Shown piece by piece: positions 26,611 to 37,207 of a DNA stretch of 64,000 nucleotides. The translations under genes and the position numbers were made by a program. Below the pieces are notes generated by a model. The model was not told the origin of the DNA and searched no databases. It saw only the letters and a list, made by a program, of their open reading frames with translations. The DNA lies in contig CM074820.1 in the NCBI GenBank assembly GCA_037447605.1, positions 1,364,001 to 1,428,000 on the forward strand, written 5' to 3'. How positions within the stretch are numbered: position 1 is the first letter of the stretch; every line of letters begins with the position of its first letter. The DNA comes from Zygnema circumcarinatum SAG 698-1b. Its lineage: Eukaryota > Plantae > Zygnematophyceae.

Positions 26611-26904
26611 CACGTGTCACATTGTGATTCGATTTGATTCCCCCCTAAATCTTCCCCAAATTCCCATCTTTTTGGTCTGCCGAAACCTTTTCAACCGCCT
26701 GTACTCTCCACCAATAAGATATAGCCACGTGTTCTTCAAAAGTACATCCCACTGTCACGTCACGCCCGGCCCCATTCCGCCCCTCCAAAACGTCGAATTT
26801 TCAGATTCCAAAATTTCGCAAATCGCGCCAGCAGACGGCCCTCGCGCACGGCACCAATCGGTGCACGCCACGTGGCAGGCTCCCTCGCGAACTGCTCGCA
26901 CGTG
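26611..26904 (+). promoter_or_regulatory. G-box/ABRE-like cluster upstream of SWEET
   Basis: CACGTG at 26611, 26726, 26869 and 26899, plus CCAAT near 26854; 200-500 nt upstream of ATG 27108. Confidence 0.45.
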
Positions 26905-27107
26905 CGGAGGAACGGGAAACGTCGACGCCGCCCCCGCCACGACTCGCCTGTCGCTCTCACACCTCGCGCCTCTCACTCTCCCTCTCTCTCTCCAGCTCCC
27001 TTTCCCTCTCCCTCTCCCTCTCCCTCCCATGGGAATAGTCCCTGCAGACCACTTCCCAGCCTTTTCATCCTCCTCCCTCATTTCGTTCTCTCTCGCGCTC
27101 GGACGCC

Positions 27108-29399
27108 ATGGCGTGGCCTATACATTCCTCTGTGAAGCTCATCCTGGGGATCTTCGGCAACATCTCGGCTCTCGGCCTCTTTGCTTCGCCCGTGTAGGTC
27201 CCTCCCTCCCTCCCTTCCTCTCTGGAAACCCATGTACCGCCACAAGTAAAGAGCTGTTAGGAGTGAGGAGGCAGGGAGGGCCCACAGACCCACGATTGTG
27301 CGGATAGCGAGGAGGAAGTCAACGGAGGACTTCGCCGGGCTGCCGTATCTGTGCACGCTGCTTAACTGCTCCCTGTGGTCCATTTACGGCCTTTCGCCGT
27401 ACTCGGACCAGATTCTGGTGACCACCATCAACGTCGCGGGAGCCCTCGCGGCCGCGGTCTATGTCGCCGTCTTCTGCTCGTTCGCGCGGCCTCTGCATAG
27501 GGTACGTGCTGAAGATGGGCTTGGGGGGGAGAGGTTTTGGGGGATGGGGGAGGGAGGGACGGGCAGGGGAAAAGAAGGGCCGGGGAGAGAGAGGAGGTGA
27601 CTGGGGAGGGGACGTGGATAGGGAGGGAGGACAGGAGAGAGGGACGAGAGAGGAAGGAGGGAAGGATGCAGAGAAGCCTAGTGAGAGGAGAGGGGGTCGA
27701 GGGGGAGGGAGGGGGAGAGGGAGGGGGGGGGGGGGGGAATTGAAATGGTGGTCAGGTTGAAGGAGGAAATGGCTCTTTCAGCAATGATGTGAGTGTGAAA
27801 CGTGTTTCATATTGCATGAGGTTCACGAGTCAGAAAGTCACTTTCTTTGGCAGCGAAGCGGTAGTTTTGATGAAGTCCCTGCGGGTGCAGGTAAAGCTGC
27901 TCGCTATTTTGTCCACAATTGTGAGCTTGTTCGTTGCTCTGGTGGTTGTTTCGCTCACTGCCATCCACGACAAGGATCTCAGATCACAGGTGGTGGGAAT
28001 TATAGCAGATGTGGTTACGATTACGATGTATGCGAGCCCACTATCTATCATATGGCTAGTTATTAAGTCGCGGAGTGTGGAGTTCATGCCCTTCTACCTC
28101 TCTCTGAACGTCTTCATTAACGCGCTCACATGGACAGGTGAGTTGGGGCCCACTTACTTCCCAAGATATTAAGCAAGGTTTTGAACAGCAGAGTTGTCGG
28201 TGGTGAGGGTGAGAGGGGCAATAAGAGAGTGCTGGATCAGCAGCTACGATTGCATAGAGGAGTTTGAAACGACGGATGTATAGAGTTTGATTGTGAGTGG
28301 TAGCATTGGAAAAATATTGTTGGCTAGTTGGTAGAGATTCTAGATGTAAGAGAAAGAATTCGCTTTTGTAGGTTGACAGGTTATTTCTTTTGGGTGTCTT
28401 CCTTCTCTTTTACACACTAAAACATAAGATTATACGAGAGTAATTTACTTGTATTTTATCATATTGGATGAGGTTGTATTGTATTTTAGACTTAACATAA
28501 AAAACTTAGCTTGCTTAAGTGGAGGGGAAGGTCGGTTTTTTCGAGTTAAAGGTGAGAGGGCTGCTGCTAACGTGGGCTTCACGGCTGGAACAGTGCCTGT
28601 ATAAAGTAAACGGTTGCATTCAGTGGGTAGTTGCTGTGGGAGGGCTGTGGCAGCTTTACAATAGAATAAAGTAGGTGTATGCTGTCATTGATGATGTGAC
28701 GGGAGGGGGCTGCATGGCTTGCAGTGTATTCGGTCTACGTTAGAGACGTATATGTTGGGGTAAGCTCCGTAACTCTGAACGACTACTTTGGAAAGAAGGA
28801 ACAGGCCTTTGTTCGAAGTGATGATGGCTCGCCCCGTCAGTTGGTTTGGCTCGAACGCTAGGGTTTTAATCTGCATGTGAGAGTAGAAGGAAGGAGACGG
28901 ATTGTCCAGTTCCATTTCTGATCAGTCTTGCGAGCTTCACTTTGCATCCGAGGACACGGCTTTTGGGACGTCTGTGAATTGGCAGCTCTGTTTCTGAACC
29001 AACACTGTGCATCATGCCTTGATGAGCATGGCATGGACTGGACATGTGTAACATAGCACAGCATGACTTTGAGAAGGTTTAAAGTCTGAACTGACCTTAC
29101 ATGAACTGGCATGATGGTATGCCGTCACGCTGCAAGTCGTCCTCACATGCCATACCATGCCATGAAGTGATGTGATTGTACCCCCATGCCAGCACATAGA
29201 CCGTGTATGACAGTCGGTGCATGACCATGGTGCGCAGATCCCCAACGGTCTGGGCACAGTCCTGGGCGCCCTGCAGCTCATTATTTACGGACTCTATTGG
29301 CGGCCCGCGGACCGCGTCGGAGCGGCCGACTCCTCTGAGACGACGAAGTCTGCGGAGGAAGAGGAGGAAGAGACCAAGGGAGGGGTCAGCGCTTGCTGA
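27108..29399 (+). CDS. SWEET: SWEET (MtN3/saliva) sugar transporter, 5 exons
   Basis: Spliced motifs: MAWPIHSSVKLILGIFGNISALGLFASPV|PTIVRIARRKSTEDFAGLPYLCTLLNCSLWSIYG...; MYASPLSIIWLVIKSRSVEFMPFYLSL; a 35-nt exon at 28725-28759 (VYSVYVRDVYVG); IPNGLGTVLGALQLIIYGLY. Stop at 29397-29399. Confidence 0.95.
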
Positions 29400-29468
29400 C
29401 CTCTCCCTCTCTCTCTCTCAAGCCGGGCCGGACGGGGCTCTGACAGACAGAGAGAGGGCGTGTTGGGG

Positions 29469-29516
29469 TTAGGGTTAGGGTTAGGGTTAGGGTTAGGGTT
29501 AGGGTTAGGGTTAGGG
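29469..29516 (+). repeat. Interstitial telomere-like array (TTAGGG)8
   Basis: Eight perfect TTAGGG units, 70 nt after the SWEET stop codon. Confidence 0.95.
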
Positions 29517-30025
29517 TTTTGCTTCAACCATTGGCTCACAGGGACTCCTTGAAGCCTCCCTCCTTCCGTACGCATTTCTCACTGTCCATAGTGTAAAAAT
29601 AAGCTGCGTGTTGTGTACAGCGAGCTGCTCTACCGCGATTTTGCAGTTTTTATCTACTTTTAGTTTCTTTAGCGGTTGGGCTTGGGCACCGAGTGCACGT
29701 TATTCTTTTTTCCTTCTTTCAAATGCGATGTCTGCACTGAGGACCGCGCGCATCATCACTCTCTCTCCTTTGGCAGTTCCTGTAAGCGAACAGTCGCAGG
29801 CAGCGCCCGTCCACCGAAACAAGCAGCGCCTTGGCACTGGGGCAAACCCGGTTTGCGGTTTGACGACCAAGTTGCAAACCTACCTGGAACCAAGTTTTTT
29901 TTGTTTTTCTTTTGCATAAAAAATTTGCCCTCTAAAACCTTGAAATCTAAAAGCCTCAAGCCCTAAAAAAACCTTCCTCCATGGCGAGCTGCCGTACAGT
30001 CGAGCATCGTCCAATGGGCCCTCGC

Positions 30026-30715
30026 CACGTGCTCTCTGTAGGGGGTGGGGGGGGAGGCGTCAGGCCTAGGGGGAATCCGCAGTTGCAAACCGCGGCGGCG
30101 GTTTTTGGGTCCTCCGAAACCGAGTTTCTCGGAGCTGCGCTTCAACCGCCCGCACGTGCGGGACGGTTGGGAAGCCCAAAACGGGCGCAGCTAGCGCCAT
30201 CGAGAGAGCGCCACGTGGCGTCCACGTGGAGTGAGTTGGTCGGTACGTCACGTGGTGGTAGTTTGGTTGTGCTCCAGTATTTTTGGGCTGTGCCCCGAAC
30301 CTATATTCGCGTTTCTGACTGTTGGATTGGACAGCCAGATCTCGTTACTTGCTCCTGGCTGCACCACGTGTCATATAGCAGGAATTTCTGACGTTGGATG
30401 TGCCACGCATACCATCTCACATAACTGTGCGATGTGCCAAGTGCGAGATCTTCGGACTTTGCTCGTGGACACGCCACGTGTCGATAGCTAAAAAACCGGC
30501 TCCATGTGACACCACGCAGCGGCGTAGCAAGTAATTTTTTCACTGCATGGAAACGCCACCCGAGCATTCAAACGTGCGAGGTCTTGACAATTGCTCCTGC
30601 TCGCGCCACGTATCTTTCACACGTGTGAATCCCGTACAGTATGTGCCTACAACAAAAGTTCCGGACACATGGCGCTCTTTGATTGGTCCACACGGGCAGA
30701 ATGACCGGTCACGTG
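30026..30715. promoter_or_regulatory. Dense G-box (CACGTG x9) cluster in the convergent SWEET/ARP 3' interval
   Basis: CACGTG at 30026, 30153, 30212, 30223, 30249, 30365, 30475, 30620 and 30710. Function not shown. Confidence 0.4.
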
Positions 30716-30977
30716 ACATTTTGTCTCGAAGGAACCACGAGTATTCTGATGGGTTTTATTACCAAGCAAGCTCTGCTTTTGGTCATATTTTTTTTTTTCA
30801 CTGACTTTTTCACCCTTTTGGTTCTTGCAACCATTAATTTATCACGGAAAAAAGAAAACCCACGTATTATTACTCTTGGCTACCATCTTAAGTTTATTTG
30901 AACACAATTCAAATTCCCCCCCCCNNNNNNNNNNCCCCCCCCCCCCCCCCCCCCCCAGCTCAGCTTCCATCCATCCC

Positions 30978-33900
30978 TCAAAGACAAAAGTGAAGGCCAA
31001 TGGGGCAGTGGTCGCTGCCTCCCACTGCAGGAATTGTGAAGGAATCGAAGTCTGAGGCAGCGACTGACTGCGATACTATGGAGTAGTCCAGCCGCCACCC
31101 TGCGAAAAAATATTCCAATTTCTTACATTTATTAGAAAAATGAATGGAGGTGACCCTCGCAGTATTTAGGGGAATTCGAGGCCTCCATGGCTTCCGGCTG
31201 AAGCGACCAATAACAGAAGAACCCTAAAAACCCTAAAAACCTTAAAAACCCATTCGACTAACATCGGAAACCCATAGCTCTGGAAAGACATTCAGAAAAA
31301 AAGTGAAAAAAGGTGAATTTAAACAAGACTAAAACTGAGACCAACATTGAAACACGTTCCTAGTCCAATTTCAACACATTCAAACCCTCACATGAAGCAC
31401 ACAGTCTAAACAAGCATCCTTTCTCACCTGCATTTTTAGGGCGGGCCCCGGAGCGGTATCCCCAGTAGGTGTAGGCCACCTTATTGGGGTGCTGTTTGCG
31501 GAATGTGTCCACAAAGCCATGCCCCAAAATCAACTTTTCAAAGCTCGTTCTCTCTTCCTGAGTGAACCCCGCGCTTTTGGTATTCCCCTGCGATTCAGAT
31601 CAACAAAAATGAGCAACAATGATGAGAGCTTGAACGTTGGGAGTTTAATGAGGAGGAGGAGGAGGAGGCAAAAGGGGGCTTCATATCACTTGAATCTGAT
31701 TTAACTGGCCTGATTTCGGAAAGAAATGAGTCGAGATTGATGGAGTGGGTGTAGAAGGGAAGAGACACATGAATTGAGGGTGATTTTCAGCATTTTTCTC
31801 AGTGAAAAAGGTGAGGGGACACGTGTCGCACATCGGGATGATGAATGTCGATCTCTTCATGCGAAACATTGAGATCCCCCAACATAATGACCGGTTTCGC
31901 CTTTTCCAACTCCTACAAACATAGCAATAAGGACAGGAACAGTAAAGCGATGCAAGAAGCGAAGGAGAAGCAATATTGCTATCTGCTTAACAAACTGACT
32001 GCATCGATTTGATTGCCCCTATCTACTATAGACAAGTTAATGAGGTGGTTAATAACAGAAGGTGCACAGGGGCCTGGAAGGAAAGAAACAAGTGCAGAGG
32101 CAGAACAGGGGGGAGGGAGAGGAAGAGGGTTGAGACGACGAGTGTAGAAGAAGGAAAATAGATGGAGATACAAGTGAAACTAAATGTAATTCTTATAACA
32201 TGCAAAGTAATGCAGAAGGAGGGTGAGAGGAGAGAAGCAGGTTAGCTTTAGGAGAGTCGATCTCACCTGCAGGTGGCGGGCCAGTGCAGGGTCCCATTCG
32301 TTTGTCCGATAGCTCTGCAGAAAGAAGGGAATCACACACCCTTAAAAGTGTCAAAATGAAGGCGAGAATATGTCCATTTCTTTTTACCAAAACTAGGACA
32401 ATATCAGTACGCTTCACTACGGTTCAAATCGGTGAGATAGTTCGGCAGTCTCTAAGTTAGAAGCCCGAGTTTCGAGTCCACAAATGATTGTTCTGAACTT
32501 GCAAGGTGGTCCATCTGATACAGTCTACCAACAAGGGTAGAAATGGGGAGGTCAGGTCAAATGGGTCTTACTAGTCGATCCAGTTTTTCGCCAGAATTGG
32601 GAAAATAAACTGAAACCACAAAAAACTTCTCATATTCTGCAGTTATTGTTCTTCCTTCCGAGTCATGCTCCGGTATGCCAACGCCGTATGAAACTTTCAG
32701 AGGCTCTACCTGCAAGACGCAGGCACAAAATATATGTATATATACATATACACAGGATGTTCCAAATCAGGGTAAAAGCTGGGAAAAAGCTTCTGTACGT
32801 AATGAGACGGAGCAGATTTAACAAGGAAGAGAAGGAAACACTTTAGCCCTACTCTTGACCTGCCCTATTCATTACAAACCTTGGAAAACAAAGCACATCC
32901 GGAATATCCAAGCTTGGCAGTGCTGCAGCTCCAAAAGGAGCGGTATTCTGGCAGAAGCCCCTCTGAGATATCCTTCACATCCTTCTCCTGAAGCCCCCAT
33001 GTGTCCCAAACTTTGAATTCTTAGTCTGATTAGACAGATTGAATGATGTACTTTACCCGTTCATCTTTTGTCAAACATGAGCGTATTTTGAACAGAACTT
33101 TAGAATAAAGTCGAATTGTTACGGCAATGTTGCAGTGTGTAAACTGGAAGCGCATGTTTGGCATTGAAGTTTGACAGTCCTGAAGCGAGTGAGCGAACAA
33201 ATGGAGCCCTACCTGCAACTTTGTCTCCTGAAGGCAAAGGATATCCGGCCCCTCACTTTGCGAGAGCTGACTCAGAATAGGAATCTCTGACTGTTTTTCG
33301 CCACTTTTCGACTTCAACAAGCCACGGAGACCATTGACATTCCAAGAAATAACTTTAAAAAGTTGCTGCTTTTTTTTCGGAACTGGTGTCTTTCTCATTG
33401 TGGCTGGATCATAAGCAACCCACTCAGACTGAGGTTTTCTATGCACAAGCACAGTCCATGGCTGAGAGCTTTGACTTGCAGCTGCTGAAGCAGCCATGGC
33501 AGCAGCTGTAGCAGCAGCTTTACTACCTCCGCGGGCCTTATTTTTGCTCACGATCTTCTCCTTACTCTCTTTACCCTTCTCCCCCTTCTCTCCCTTACCA
33601 TCACCATTACCAACGTCACTTTCAATAACCGTCTGTTGTCTACTTTGGCTTCTTGTTGTCCTCTTCAGCGTAGACGACTCACTCCCATTTTCCTCTCCTC
33701 CTTTCAATGTGACTCGTACGTCCACATCACCCCCATCACCTCCCTCTCCCTCCTCCCCTTCGCTTGTCACCTTCCGCGCTATTCTTCTCTTCTTTCCTCC
33801 ACCACCCCTCCCTTCAGCAGAGTCTCCCTCCGTCCCACCTTCCACCTCTATATCCTTGACATTGTCCTGATTTCCACCTTCAACTCTCCTCACCCCCCTC

Positions 33901-34722
33901 TTTGCAGGGCTCCTCCCCTTAGTCGAGGGGACCTCAGAGGGTTCAGGAGGCTCCTTTTCCTTTATCGAGGCCGAGCTCTGAACCCTCTGTCCCCCTATTT
34001 TACGCTTCGCCATGAAGTCTCCGTCAAGAGTACAGGAACGCTGGAAATTCAGCTGCCTCTCAGGCTTGCGCCTGAAACAATGTGAGACGCTAAAAAATAG
34101 GTTTAGGAAAGGGGGAGGTGACAAAGGAGTTGAGATGGGAGAGGGGACACGGAGCGAGTGGGAGGTGAAAACGAGGAAATTTGTGATAGAGACAAAACAA
34201 ACGCAAAGCTCATTCAATGTGTACCATAAACAGACGTTTATACTTTGGAAAATTTCAAAGATTGTGGCCATTTCTATCTCTCCCTGCTCTTAACAGCATG
34301 GAAAGAGAAAAATGTGCGCGAGAGAATGAAGAATTTACAGTTGCATGCCGTTAACATAAGGGTCCACTCAAGTAAGTTCAATTTATATAAGGAAAATCGA
34401 CAATGCAAGGAAGCCAGAATTACCGTCAGGCGCATTACAATGTTGGTCTGTGCACCATCGCCATCCAGCATCTTGCTGGTCATGCAGAACCAAACCACTC
34501 ACAAAACCAATCACACCTTGCCACGTGTTCCTGCCAGCATCCCCCGAACGCCAGGTGGCTCCTCCTGGCGCCTCCCGCCCGACCTCCTTGAAGGCCCTTT
34601 CCCCCTTCTACGGCCCTCCCGGCCCCCATGGACCCATGGCCCGGGAGCCATGGCCATACATGCCCATGGCCATGCCCCGCGAGGGAAAGAGCGCCTCTGC
34701 GGAACGCAAAGCGGAGCAACAT
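30978..34722 (-). CDS. ARP: Apurinic endonuclease-redox protein (ExoIII/APE1 family AP endonuclease), about 8 exons
   Basis: [23 protein letters not shown] is diagnostic of ARP. Catalytic motifs [67 protein letters not shown] and GSDHCPIGL are all present. Stop at 30978-30980. Upstream exon 34722-34517 splices in frame; an alternative start is ATG 34013. Confidence 0.93.
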
Positions 34723-35555
34723 CTCGCCGCCGTCCTCTCCGCCTCCGCTCACCTCCCCGGTCATATGCGCCAGTTGCACGGGCAGGCCGGCTGACGGAGA
34801 ACCCCGCGTCACATGCTGGAACTGCGACTGGACCTAAAACTGGAACTGCGTTCGCACGGAACTGCGATTTATTGTTCACAGCTGGTAGACAGAGAACTAA
34901 CTGTTAGGCTGTGGAACTGCGACTACGGGACTATAACCATTGGCGTGAGATCAACACATGCATAGATTTGGATGGCATTGATCCCACGATGGCTGGATGG
35001 ATGCATGGATGGCCTCGTCTCAGCATGGGTAGGGCATGGACATGGACATGGATATGTCGCCCGCCGGCAAGGCCACGTTGCACATTTCACGAGCGAGGTC
35101 GCACTTGGCCCGCGAACGACGTGTCCCAAAACAGCCGAACAGGAATGCGCCACGTGGCCCTCCGCTGTGCTCGGAGGGGCCCGACAAAGTTGCTTGCGCT
35201 CGGGGCACAGGGGCTGCTCCCCGCGTGCGCCCATCCCTAGCCGTAGGTCGGTTAAGTTGACCCAAAAGACAAAAATACCGTCCGTGAACCACCGACCTGC
35301 AGGATCCGTTCTTATTTTTTGGATTTCAACTTACCGACAAAAACGAAATAATACGATTCGTACTGACGATCACACTGGTCGGTTGGTCACTTCGCAGCCG
35401 ACAAATTTGTCGCACGCGACCAGCTGTCGGACGACGTCAGCTCATAATTGCGAGTGCGGGTGCCGTACTGTTAGGCGGCCCCAGGGTCGGCTCAACGCCG
35501 TGGGCTTTTCTAGTTTGGTCGTGATTAGTTAGTTAGTCAGTTAGTTAGTCATCAG

Positions 35556-35958
35556 TAGGGATGGCCCGCGTTATAAATTCCGAATAAATTATATATTTTA
35601 CAACGGGTTTAAAAGTAGTAATATATTACAAAGTAAAACATTTTATTACATATATTATACCCACTCGTTTTGAACAATTAACGACCGTACGACCGTACTC
35701 GTATGGTCGTACGGTCGTACCATACCAAAATTAGGTCGTTTTGGCGTTGGCGTTGCGAAATGCGTCCGTCTGGTTCACTCTGCCTGCTCGTGCATCCGTA
35801 CCGCATACTACCGTACGGTCGTACAGTCGTACGACCGTACGACCGTACGGCCGTACATGTTGTAAAGGCGTTGCAAATTAATATATATCAGCCGTTATCT
35901 AGTCGTCACAGTTGTATAATACAATATATATTATATAGTCGTAACTAATCCATCCCTA
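35556..35958. mobile_element. 403-bp non-autonomous hAT element (MITE)
   Basis: TIR TAGGGATGG at 35556-35564 and CCATCCCTA at 35950-35958. Exact 8-bp TSD GTCATCAG at 35548-35555 and 35959-35966. The AT-rich body has subterminal palindromic repeats and no ORF. Confidence 0.92.
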
Positions 35959-37207
35959 GTCATCAGTCACTTTTCTTTTTCAGTACTGATCGCCCTCAAG
36001 TTCTTCAATATTGAACCAAAAACAATCGAACGAACAGGCTGACAAATTGAGAAACGAGTTTACGGTACTTCAATTCTCAATTCTCAATCTTATTGACAAC
36101 CGTTCGCACGTGCGAAATTACATCATCAAGGTTGAACCACACCAGCATTCGTTCAACCAAATGGACGATGTTGGACCATGAAAACGCCCCTTCGTGTCCA
36201 GCTGGTTTCAACCGCCCGCCCTCTGCTAGCCAGTCAGTCAGTCCAAGTCCTTGGCGGCCGGGCCCTTAAGTTAGGAAGCCATAAACCCTTCAGCCCTCAA
36301 CCCTTCATCATCAATCTCTCTGCTCTTTGCCGGCAGTCCGTACAGTGGTGGTGGTTGGGAGGTCCTTTTCAGGACAAACTCCACAAACGACTTCCACGTT
36401 TTGGCAGGGCCGGGCGGCCGCCACCTCAGCAAACCAGATTCGGTCGGATCCGGGTTTGTACGAATCCGTAACTGGACCGATTCCCCGGCCGACATTCAGG
36501 GCTGACGTCAGAAAATAGTGACGTCATTCTCCGTACGAATGTCGTCATCGAGTCCGCACTCCGTGCGTCAGTTTTGAAACTGACAGTTGGACGCTTTTTT
36601 GTGACGTGGCGATCGCTCATTGGTCTGACAAACATTCGCCACAGCGTGCGGCGATTGGCCGGTCAGCCCACTTTGCAGGGCATGCGCTAGCCGACAGCAT
36701 TTTCCGGCCATGACGTCATCCCACCAGCTGCCGCCAGGGCCGCCCAATCTCACCCGCACGCGTGGGCCCCTGCGCCGCACCTCCAGATTCCGGCGCCCTC
36801 CACAAGTAGTGCCGCGCGGACACGTGTTCCTCCTTGACAGCGCAATTACCCAATCAGGAGCCTTTTGTACAACGTCCTCCACCGTTTCCGTCGTCCGTAC
36901 ACAACCACCGCTTGCGTTCTGGCGAATCAGGACCACTTCGTACAACCGGCTCCACAGTTTCTGTTGTCCGTACACAAGGGTGGCCGTTTGAAGAGGGCTC
37001 CTCCCACTCCACATTCCGTCTCACTCGGTCCTCCCTCGCTCCCTCCCTCCCTCGCTCCCTCCCTCCCTCTCGCGGCTCTCTCTCTGTCTCCCTGAAGGAA
37101 GGCGGCGCGCCTCCTGCAGCAGGCAGACAGGCAGGGAGGCAGCCAGGGAGGCAGGTAGGCTGCAGTGCAGTGCAGTGCAGTGCCGTGCAGAGCCCCCGCC
37201 GGCGCCA

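Noticed and set aside
28685-28915. Minus-strand ORF containing YGAYPNIYVSN, superficially SWEET-like
   Set aside because: It is the antisense shadow of the real 35-nt SWEET exon at 28725-28759.
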